DNA from: Fonticula alba ATCC 38817
Lineage: Eukaryota > Protista > Nucleariida
Assembly (NCBI GenBank): GCA_000388065.2
Contig: KB932202.1
DNA length: 52,955 nucleotides
Direction: 5' to 3' (one strand)
The notes below the pieces were generated by a model. It was not told the DNA's origin and searched no databases. It saw only the letters and a program-made list of their open reading frames with translations. The position numbers and the translations under genes are program-made. This document shows, piece after piece, positions 1-9,792 of the stretch (position 1 is the stretch's first letter; every line of letters starts with the position of its first letter).

Positions 1-65
1 CCCCCTCCCCCTCGATCGCACTCTTGTCTCTGACATGGACTCCCTCCTGCGTGTGTCTTGCCCAG

Positions 66-2506
66 ATGAGCTTGATCGTCGGATTGTGGAGGCTGTCCGG
101 CTGTCCGGTGTCAAGGCCATCGTCGTGGACGGCTGGTCCCGGCGGTCCAAGGAATCGCGCGAGCCGCAGCCCGGGTCGCCGAGCCTCGGCACGCCGATGC
201 CCGTGGCCGGGTCGTGCATCCACCTGGCCACCTGCCCCGGATCCTCGGGGCCAGCGCACCAGGAAATTGCCCCCGGCCCGGGCGGGGCCATCACCGCGGC
301 CTCCGGTCGCATCATCGGCGCCGGGACGTCCACCGTGCAGCTTGCCACCTCGACGGTGTCCTCGGCCGCACGCATCCTCGGCTCGGCCTTCTCCGGGATC
401 TTCTACGCCCCGAACAGCGGCGCCACCACCGGGACCGATTACGACAGCACGCTGCCCTATGGGCTGGGCGGTCTGACCATGGAGGAGCTCCTGGCCACGG
501 AGGACTTCACGCTGCCGGGCGGCAGCGGCAGCGGGCCCGGCATGTCGTCCGAGGTGGCGGAAGAGCTCCTTCACCAAGGGATGGAGCATTTCCTTCGCGA
601 CATGCAATCCAATTACCTGACCGCCGAGCATGAGCTCTCCCTGCCGACCAGCTCCATTCGCCTTGGTGGCGGGTCATCCTCCGAGTCCCTGGCCACATCG
701 CGGTCTGCCTCATCCGCCAGCCTGGCCGACGAGGAGGCGGCTCTCTCGGAGGACACTCCCGGGGCCGGTGGCATTTGCGATTCCAGCATCGAGTTCCCCT
801 CGCTGTCGGAGGATCTGTTGAATGTGACCGGGCGTGATGGCGGCAGCCCCGGAGGCTCGTCGCCTGCCGTGCACCCGGCCCCCGGCGGCCGGACGGCCAG
901 TCCCCTCCCTCGGATGTCCTCATCAGCCTCGCCGAATGTCGATGTCGACGACGCGGACTATGTCATCAGCGATCTGGTGTACAATGAGGCGCGCTTTGCC
1001 TCGGCGCTGGGCAAGGCCGAGGCGGTGGACCCGACCGGGGCCACTGCCGGCCCCGGGATGCCCCCCGCTGCGGGGACTTCGGCCGGGCCCGCCGCCCCTG
1101 GCCATCATCATCACCACCACCACCACCACCACCACCATCACCACTTGGCCGCCGAGCCCCAGTCCGCCGGGGGAGCCGGTCGATCGGGATCCGCCAGCGG
1201 GCCGGCGACTGCCACGGGAGAGGCGCCCGAATGCGCCGAGTCTCCCACCTCCCGAGCCGAGGCGGCCGCCCATGCCAAGGGTCGGGAGCCATGTTGCTCG
1301 AATGGCCTGCCCCCTGGGGTCACCGATAGTGCCAGTCTCGGGACCTTCTTCCCCTCGCACCCCCGGCGGGCCCCGGAGTCGGACTTCATCTATCGCATGG
1401 CCGGGGCCCCGCACGACCGACTGTTCCCCCTGTGTGATGCGGTGGTGCACCATGGCGGTGCCGGTACCTCGGCGGCTGGCATCCGTGCCGGCCTCCCGGC
1501 CGCCATTTGTCCCTTCATGGGGGACCAGTTCTTCTGGATCAACCAGCTGGGCCACCGTGGCCTGGGCGTGGCCTTGCGTCTTTCACGTAAGGATCTTCTG
1601 TACTCGGATTCGAAGCCAGCCCCGACCGTGTGTCCACTGCACCCGGTCCCCGTGCCAGGCGCCCGGCCAACGGGCCTCACCGCCAGCGATCCATTCGCCG
1701 GGCAGAAGCCCACCGCCAGCGAGGATGGCCCCTCCCCGACTTGTCCCCCTGAGCAGGGCCCCCCGGCGAGCCGGCCGCCTGGCCCTGGCGCGAGCCCCTC
1801 GGCCACCGGGCCCAGCCCGGGCGCCACTCCGGAAGTGCCTCCTACCAAGGACACCCCCTCGACGGCGGGCTCCGGCTCCGGGCATTCGGCTTCGTCCTCC
1901 TCGGTCTCCGCCTCGGCGGGGGCTGCCCTGCCGGCTGCCAGCCAAGCCCCGCTGGCGGCGCTCCCTCTGGACGAGGGGGTCTTCCGCATTGCCACGGTCT
2001 TGCGGCTGCTGAGCCTGCCGGACACGCCGATGCGCCGGCGGGCGGCCTGGCTCGGTCGTCGTGTGCGCGCCGAGACCCCCTGCGAGAGTCTCACCACGCT
2101 GCTGAACCTGGAGTTCGAGCACCAGAGTAGCCTGCTGCAGGCGGAGTCCTTCGTTCTGGTGAATCACACGCTGACTCCCGGGCAGCTGGACACTGACCAG
2201 CGCCCGGTCTTCGCCTCGGACCTGGAAATGCCCACCGAGTCGCTATTCTCCTTCGACGTTGCTTCCGAGACTCGGGGGTCCGGTTCGTCGGTCGCCGCAT
2301 CGATGTCGGCAACAGCCCCGTCGGCCCCGACTCCGGGTGCCGAGATCCCGGGGCCGGGGGATGGCATTCCCGAGAAGCAGGCGACCGGGGAAACGGAGGC
2401 CAGCGGTGATGGCGAGCCCTCGGCGACCGGCACGCCACCCCCATCATCATTGGGCGATGACCTTCTCCGTCCGTCGACACCACCGCCGCCCCCCTCGAGC
2501 GAGTGA
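66..2506 (+). CDS. UDP-glycosyltransferase (GT1, sterol 3-beta-glucosyltransferase/UGT51-Atg26-like), last exon only; gene starts upstream of the window
   Basis: Branch-like CTGAC (30-34) and acceptor cccAG (61-65) precede the exon, so the ORF-track Met at 35 is intronic. Motifs: (D)ELDRRIVEAVRLSGVKAIVVDGWS, then PHDRLFPLCDAVVHHGGAGTSAAGIRAGLPAAICPFMGDQFFW (typical UGT51/UGT80 C-terminal signature), and closing helix MRRRAAWLGRRVRAE. Stop TGA at 2504-2506. Confidence 0.85.
1103..1144 (+). repeat. (CAC/CAT)14 coding trinucleotide repeat = 14 consecutive His
   Basis: Read directly, in frame with the glycosyltransferase exon. Confidence 0.95.
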
Positions 2507-2762
2507 GCTTGCATCCCAGGTGGAGGGGGAAGGGTGATGGGGGACCATTGCTTTGTTGTTGTCTTTGCCAACTCCCCCTTCCTTTGGTATGTATGTCACT
2601 GCGTCCTTTGCGCCTCCCCTGAGGCGAAAGAAACCCAAACGTGAAATGCGCGCGCGCGTGCGCGAGTGTGTGTGTGTGTGTGTGTGTGTGCTGTATAGGC
2701 GTTTGCCTTTCCTTGCTGCGAGCCTGGGAATCTATTGGAAAAATGAGGCTGGGTCCAAGGGT

Positions 2763-3959
2763 CTAGTTGGAGGGGGGCCCGGTGCCGGAGGAGGATGATC
2801 CACCCGGCGGGGAAGGATGCAATGGGACCGAGCTCGGGGCCGGGGCCGGGGCCATGGGCAGTGACGATGGTGGTGATGGTGGCTGGGGCCGGCTCGACGA
2901 GGCATCCAATTCTGTGATCCCCAGCAGCGGAACCACCTTGCTGGCAGCCGAGAAGGCCTCACCTATCAACAGGCGCGGGCGCTTGGCGGGGGAGATGGAC
3001 TCCGGGGCGGTTGAATGTGACAGCCCGGTGGGGATGCCCGATTTTGAGGGCTTTCGCTTGGGAGTACTGACCATCGGCTGGGAGGGCGTCGATGGATCGG
3101 CCGTGGGCTGGATGGCCGAAAGTCCACTCGGGTCCGTGGGACATTTGGGCGCTTGAGGCGCGGGCGGCTTGGCAGCCGAGGTGGCCTTGGGGGCACTCGC
3201 GGCCGGGGGAGCTTTCTTTTTACTCCCGCCGGAAGTGCCGGCCGACGATGTGGTGCTGCCGGTCGATGGACTCCCCTTGCTCGAACGCAGGGCCGCCACC
3301 AGGGCCTCCTTGGCGCGGGCCGGATCACGGCGCTTGGAGAAAGCCAGCAAGTACATCCCCAGGGCCATGGTGGGATCGGTCCCGGGACGAAGCTCGGTAA
3401 GGGCCTTCAGCCCGTGGAAGATGGCCGGGCCGACGCAATCGAGGAACAGTCGATCCGAGAGGCTGGCCCACTGATTGGGCGGGCCGGGCGTTTTCAGATC
3501 ACCAGGCAGACCGGTGCGCGACACTTGCGACCAGTCTTCCGGTTGAACCCCGAGGCTCGTACAAACGGCAATGCAGTCCTGCCAAGCAGCGAGAGTTGGC
3601 CGAGAGGCCGAATTCCGGGGCTTTGCCGGGGCACTGGGTGCGGGCTTGCGTTTGTCATCAAGAGATTCACTCGAGGAGCTGTTGGCTGAGGGGGCGCGCA
3701 TGCTTGAGGGGGTGCTGGAGGGGGCGCCAGAGGGGGTGCTGGAGGAGGAAGAGAAGGAGGATGAGGAGGAAGGGGAAATGCCGGGGACAGCGGCCACAGC
3801 CACGGCCGCACTGGGGTCCGATGCCGATCTCGGCGCTGGAGGCGTGCGTAGAGGCCCCTCGAGCTCCGGCGCCAAAGCCGGCACTGCAAGGCCGGCTCCG
3901 GGGGGGGAGGTGGCCCCCCCGGAAGCTGGCACCCCGACGGGTGGCCGGTCGTTGGGCAT
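2763..3959 (-). CDS. Low-complexity protein with a Dpy-30/RIIa-type dimerisation-docking motif; 5' end uncertain (N-gap 3995-4018 just upstream)
   Basis: Open frame of about 400 codons containing SDRLFLDCVGPAIFHGLKALTELRPGTDPTMALGMYLLAF, matching the Dpy-30 pattern R.YL...V.P.L..GL..L...RP.DP...L..YLL. Flanks are S/P/A-rich. First ATG in frame is 3959 (MPNDRPP); an upstream exon is possible. Confidence 0.65.
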   Translation of the reverse strand: MPNDRPPVGVPASGGATSPPGAGLAVPALAPELEGPLRTPPAPRSASDPSAAVAVAAVPGISPSSSSSFSSSSSTPSGAPSSTPSSMRAPSANSSSSESLDDKRKPAPSAPAKPRNSASRPTLAAWQDCIAVCTSLGVQPEDWSQVSRTGLPGDLKTPGPPNQWASLSDRLFLDCVGPAIFHGLKALTELRPGTDPTMALGMYLLAFSKRRDPARAKEALVAALRSSKGSPSTGSTTSSAGTSGGSKKKAPPAASAPKATSAAKPPAPQAPKCPTDPSGLSAIQPTADPSTPSQPMVSTPKRKPSKSGIPTGLSHSTAPESISPAKRPRLLIGEAFSAASKVVPLLGITELDASSSRPQPPSPPSSLPMAPAPAPSSVPLHPSPPGGSSSSGTGPPSN

Positions 3960-4409
3960 TTCCCTCAAATCAGGAGAGACGCGAGGCCGAGGGGNNNNNN
4001 NNNNNNNNNNNNNNNNNNGGGTGGGTGTCGGATCCGTTGATATCGAGGTGCGTGAACGAGCCCGTCTTTTGGGTCAGATTTCGCCTCTCGCGGGGAAGGC
4101 AGGCCCGGGAACAGGACCGAGCAACAGGGCCTGGCCGCGGGGCGAGTGGTTACGCCCGCACGCCGGAGGAGGACGCCCTGGCGGATCGGTCCCCCCGCAA
4201 TCGTGGCTTTCCGTTGTCAGTTGCTCCCCCTCGATCTGGCACGATCGCGCCTTCGTCCCAAAGTGGCCTCGCCTGATTGCAGAACACTGGCAGAAAGCAG
4301 GACCTCTGCGGGAGGGGCGGTTTTACAGCGGCCATGATTCGCCGGCTCGGTGGGATCTGAGCCCGACCCAACGCCGGGGCCCTCACCTGGACTTTCACTT
4401 TCTCCCTCC

Positions 4410-4411
4410 CT

Positions 4412-4455
<44 letters not shown>
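4410..4455. repeat. (CT)n microsatellite between the divergent Dpy-30-motif gene and CENP-K
   Basis: Direct observation; a second (CT)n lies at about 4758-4818 in CENP-K intron 1. Confidence 0.9.
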
Positions 4456-4458
<3 letters not shown>

Positions 4459-4553
4459 CCTTCCCCTCTCTCGCCCTCTCTCCCTTGATTCTTTTCCTTG
4501 CCACGAATTCGCCATCCACCTTCCTTTCCTCTCCCCGCCCCCAGCTACCTGCC

Positions 4554-4751
4554 ATGTCTGTGATTTCACATTTCCTGACTGGCTTCGCCCGACCAGGGGC
4601 GGATCTTCGCGAGGGCATGCTGGCTGCCTCGTCATTGAATTCGCGGGCAGCCGCTCTGTCCGAGCGTGTGCGTTGGCGTCCACGGCGCTGTCTGTGTTCA
4701 GAGATCGTGTGCGATCAGTTGTCCTTAGACACCCGCTGACAATATCCCTCT

Positions 4752-4804
<53 letters not shown>

Positions 4805-6004
4805 TCTCTCTCTCTCTCTTTTTATCCCCCACTCGGTCGCCCGGTCTTTGGTTGTCTACACGGGACTTGTCTCAGGCAACGTTTCTCCTTCGAAAGCAGG
4901 GAATTGCCCCCTTCAAGGGTGATGCGTCATCGGATATGGTCTCTCTGTTCGATGTGAACGATCAGAAGGATGAGCAGGCGGCGGCATCCTGGAGGCAATT
5001 TCTGCCACCATACCACTTCCTACCGCCATCGGCCCGGCAGGCAGCCGAGCTTTCGGCCGGCTTCCTGCCATTGGAGGAAAGTCTCTCGGCTGGGTTCTCC
5101 CTGACTGGCTCCCACAATGAGAATGCCCTCCTTGCCGAGGACATCGACAGCCTCGGGGCTGCCTACGAGCAGGGGGCCGCGTGGGTGAACCATGCACGGG
5201 CCATACAGGCCGGGGTGCGCTTCTTATATTTGCCTCGCCCAGCTCTCTGTTCATCCCCCCCCCCCCCCCCCCCTCCCCCCCACACCGGCCACGTGCCTCG
5301 TGTCCTGCGCGTGTCTAGCACTCGCCTTTCTGACCTATGCCCCTCCCCCCGACTCCGCGGCCGCCGATGTGCCCTTTCCATCTGGAAGCTGGTCAATGAC
5401 TTCCCGCCCAGCTCGATTGATCTGACCCTCGGGATAAACCGCGAGCTGCAGGCCCTGGCCGACACTCCGATTGGGCGTCTTGCTGTCGAGCGTGACAGCA
5501 TCGAGCGCATCGAGCGAGCGGCCACCATACGCATCCTCCGATCGACCTACCACCGGCTGGAGGCAGAGACAGCCTCTCTGGCGCGCCTGCCTCCAGTCGG
5601 GACCACCGATCAGCCGGCCAGAGGCGCGGACGATGTGGACATCGGTGCGCGGGGCCGCCTGCCCGAGCCTGTCGCCGCCTCTTCACTTGCCCCCTAACCG
5701 TGGTGTCCGTTTTTCTTTCTTGCGCGCGGGCGTCCACACATCACGAATCCCTCCCCCTGTCGGTGCTTTTGATCTCCTCCGGCTTCCGGACGATTGCCCA
5801 CTCCGTCTGCTTCAATGTGTCGAAACATCTCAGAGCTGTCCCAAAATGAGCGACTCCCGCGGCTACAGCAAGCGCGATCGCTGGCGCGATCGCGTGTCCG
5901 GGCACGCACTTCCGCCATCACGCTGCAGCACTTGCGCATTCAACTTCGTGGCCACTGGGCTGATCTTCAAGTGTTCGTCATCCTTTTTGTGGCTCTCTCT
6001 CTCA

Positions 6005-6050
<46 letters not shown>

Positions 6051-7136
6051 ACCCTGACTTTTACTGACACATTCTTGCACCAGGTACCGCAAGGAGAAGG
6101 AGTCCCTGATTGATCTCCATGCCAGTATTGACAGCCATATCGAGGCTCTCCGGCAGGAGAGGTGCGACTTGTATGACCGACAGCATGGCGTGTATCCCAT
6201 GTGCTAACCTTTGCATCTTCTCCTTTGCATGGCCCTCGCCCGGTGCCTTTGGCGCCTTTCCCTTCTTCTCTTTCTCCTCCTCCCTGTCCCTCTTTTCCTC
6301 CTCCAACGTAACCGGCGACCCACCCACCCAACCACCCGCACTTCGCGTGTATCCTGCCGCACCCTGTCAGTGAGCGCATTGAGGCATCAGCACACGGGCC
6401 CGAATCGGCCGAGCACGACACCGAGCCCGGAGCCGGCACCGAGTCCGAAGCTGGGACCCTGCGGCGCCTGGACGCGGAAAATCGCGAACTGCTGGGGCAC
6501 TTGACTCGTTTCATCCGGTCATATTATCCCCCACCAACGGCCGAGACATTGGCCAATTCCACCGTGGCCGGGATCCCCACTGCTCGGGATGCCTCTCTTG
6601 AGGCCGTCCCTTCCTTGAGTATCCTCCTGGAGGTACATTGGACATGCACACGCACGCACGCACGCACATCCAGCACCCATGGCCAGGCTCCGCGGCCCTG
6701 CCCCTCTCCCCTTTGTTCACTTCCTCCTGGCGCGGCCCTATAGGCCTCAGGACTGACGTCGTGCCTCGCCCCTGCCCCCCCCCCCCCCCACTTGAAGGAT
6801 CTCATGAACCGGACCATTCTCCATCCTGAGGATCCGTTCATCAGCACCGCCGGCCACTGGCCACCGTATGTGGAGCTCCTGCTTCGGTCTGGCATCGCCA
6901 CCACCGAGCAGGCCAACAGCCAGACAGCCACCCTGTCCGGGACAGCCAGCACCCATGGGGAGAGTGCCTCCTCGACATCGGTGTTCCACCGGACCCCCGC
7001 GTCCTACTCGCAGCAGTCGGCCGACCAAGTGGCGGCCATGGCCTCGGCAGGGGCCGCGCTTCCGGCCGGTCGCCCCGGCCGCCCGCATCATCCCCCACAA
7101 GAGACCATGATTCGGCTGGAGGATTTCCACCTTTGA
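4554..7136 (+). CDS. CENPK: Centromere protein K (CCAN subunit; Sim4/Mcm22 family), 7 exons, about 508 aa
   Basis: Exons 4554-4667, 4876-5214, 5389-5644, 5834-5972, 6084-6161, 6371-6632, 6798-7136 join in frame (1527 nt) with GT..AG ends. C-terminus LLEDLMNRTILHPEDPFISTAGHWPPYVELLLRSGIA...MIRLEDFHL* matches the CENP-K signature (human ...HDPYVKISDSFWPPYVELLLRNGIALRHPEDPTRIRLEAFHQ, from memory). N-terminal exons are less certain. Confidence 0.85.
6005..6050. repeat. 7-bp tandem repeat (CATCTCG)x6.5 in CENP-K intron 4
   Basis: Six perfect copies plus a partial copy, read directly. Confidence 0.95.
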
Positions 7137-7246
7137 GCCTGGGTTCGTGGGCAATGTACATACGTGTCCCCGTGCCATGCTTCGAGGAGAGATGTGTATG
7201 GAGGCGGGGGTGCATCGATTGATATAAATACATGTGCATCTTTACA

Positions 7247-7271
7247 TGTGTGTGTGTCTGTGTGTCTGTGT

Positions 7272-7315
<44 letters not shown>

Positions 7316-7553
7316 NNNNNNNNNNNNNNNNNNNNNNNNNNNNNNNNNNNNNNNNNNNNNNNNNNNNNNNNNNNNNNNNNNNNNNNNNNNNNNNNNNNNN
7401 NNNNNNNNNNNNNNNNNNNNNNNNNNNNNNNNNNNNNNNNNNNNNNNNNNNNNNNNNNNNNNNNNNNNNNNNNNNNNNNNNNNNNNNNNNNNNNNNNNNN
7501 NNNNNNNNNNNTGTGTGTGTGTGTGTGTGTCTGTGTGTGTCTGTGTGTGTGTC
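7247..7553. repeat. (GT)n microsatellite spanning assembly gap 7316-7511
   Basis: GT/GTCT repeats on both sides of the N-run. Confidence 0.9.
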
Positions 7554-9242
7554 TGCAAGCACGTACCTGTTCGGTCCCTTGATCCAACCTGGCCCCCCCT
7601 CGCCGGGGAAGCACCAGCGCGAACACGTGTATTCCCTCGAATTTCCGCCTGTCTCCTTCTTCTCGGGCGCTTGGGCGTGTCATTGTGTGTTTCACGCGGC
7701 AGGGGCAAGGTGTCAGCGCAAAGAGAAGAAGGCAGGGAAGAAGAAGGCGAAGGGGAAGAAGGCGAAAGCGAAGAGGCGCCTTGGCATCGAAGAAGCACCC
7801 GGGCTTTCCTCTTCTTCGTGAAGATGCGGCAAGAATACGCAAAACGCACGGCAGACCGATGCACGATCGCGCAAGTCAGCTCGACCATTCCCGGCGCGCC
7901 TCCGGCGCCCAGATCTCTAGCGAGGTGTGCACGCGCGGCAGATATAAAAAAAACACAAATAAAATGGCCCTGTGCATCCTGACCAACAACGGCACGAGGC
8001 CCGGGGGACGAGCAGCGGATCGCGGGCAAATCGCGTCATGTCGATCATGTGCCCTGGTCACGTACGCTCTAGGGTCCTACATACCCCAAGCAGCGTCTCT
8101 CGCCCCGCCCTCCTCTCCGGAGTGGGAGACTGGGGGGGGGGGGGGGAAGGACGACTGCCCCCTCGGTTGTGTTTTCCGTCGGCCGCGCATGCAAGCTCCG
8201 TGCGTCCTGTCCGGTCCGGGCGTGGAGCGCGCCGGTTCGGGGCAAGTGGGACTGGAGGCGGGGGAGGCTCGTGCACCCGGTCCCCGGCAATCACTCTGTC
8301 CATCATCATGCAGGGCCCGGGGTGCACGAGAACCTTGGTCGCGAGGGGGGGGGGGGGGGCGGGGCCAGGCCGGGGCCGAGCCCCAACACACAACGGCAAC
8401 GGGCGGCGGCCGCCTGGCTGTCGGACGCCCAACAGGACAATTGGTTGGCAATCACAACAATTTGCTGAGTGGACTGGTGATCGACGCCAGGTACCGCAAG
8501 GAGAAGGAGTCCCTGATTGANNNNNNNNNNNNNNNNNNNNNNNNNNNNNNNNNNNNNNNNNNNNNNNNNNNNNNNNNNNNNNNNNNNNNNNNNNNNNNNN
8601 NNNNNNNNNNNNNNNNNNNNNNNNNNNNNNNNNNNNNNNNNNNNNNNNNNNNNNNNNNNNNNNNNNNNNNNNNNNNNNNNNNNNNNNNNNNNNNNNNNNN
8701 NNNNNNNNNNNNNNNNNNNNNNNNNNNNNNNNNNNNNNNNNNNNNNNNNNNNNNNNNNNNNNNNNNNNCTTCGGTGCGGCAGGCGCTCGGTATTCCGATC
8801 GTCGATTGCCGCCACCGGGGGGCGGGGGGGGGGGGGGGTGCCGGGGGACGTGCGTGCCAGGGCGCAGGCGCACACGCAGCCCTGTGTGCCCCAGTCCCGG
8901 GGGGAGGGGGGACAAACGGCAGCTGTACACAAACGCCCGGCGCTGCGTGGGTCGCTCTCGTTCTTGGTCTGGGTCTCCCTGGCGGTGCATGCAGATCATG
9001 CAGGGGGGGGGGGGGGCGGCCAGCGATCCAGGCCCTGCGAGGAGACGAGAGCCCCGTCCCCCCCCCCCGCCCTCGGGCTGCCCGGTTGGAAGGCGGCGGT
9101 GTTTCTTTCTTTCATGCGGGGTGCGGGCATGGCCCCGTCGCAGGACATCACCATTACCCGCCTCCGGATGGCGAGCGGAGCCCGCTCTATTTTCGTCTCT
9201 CGTTCGGTCAGGGTATTCGGGATGACTGTTTTTCGCCCCTGG

Positions 9243-9335
9243 CCCCCTGCTCCCCCTGCTCCCCCTGCTCCTCCTGCCCCCCCGCCCCTCCTGCTCCTCC
9301 TGCCCCTCCTGCCCCTCCTGCCCCTCTTGCCCCTC
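9243..9335. repeat. Degenerate 9-bp tandem repeat (CCCCCTGCT / CCCCTCCTG)
   Basis: Direct observation; intergenic, no supported ORF. Confidence 0.8.
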
Positions 9336-9451
9336 CCGCCCCTATCCCGGCCTCTCTCGTGGCACTGAAAGGCGCCCCGGCCAGAGGGGCCGATGCCTGC
9401 CAGGCACACAAGGCATTTTGTGCCATCTCTCCCCCTCCTTCTCTGCCTTTA

Positions 9452-9493
<42 letters not shown>

Positions 9494-9792
9494 GCACGCC
9501 CATTCTTCCCCCGTCCGAAGAGCTCCCCGTCCCCGCGTGCCCTTCCATGCACGGCCCCTATCCCGCCCGGCCGTCCGCCCTACACTGTCTCCCCATCTGA
9601 GAATTCCTTTTACCCATGTTTTCCTCGGTCCCCCGGCGCCTTGGCGCGCTGGCCGCCTCCGACGCGTGGTATGCACGTCGCGCGGCCAGCTGCCTGCCGG
9701 GGCGGCGGTTGCTGCCGCCACCATCACCATCGTCACTTCCCGCCAGTGGCGCCGACGTGCCTAGCCACGCACGCGCCCTTTCGTCGCTGAGC

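Noticed and set aside
35-65. ORF-track start Met at 35 for the 823-aa protein
   Set aside because: It lies between a branch-like CTGAC and the acceptor; family homology requires upstream sequence (the GFGS strand), so the gene starts outside the window.
9600-9625. CCTTTTAC resembling the U5 snRNA loop 1
   Set aside because: No convincing flanking stem or Sm site.
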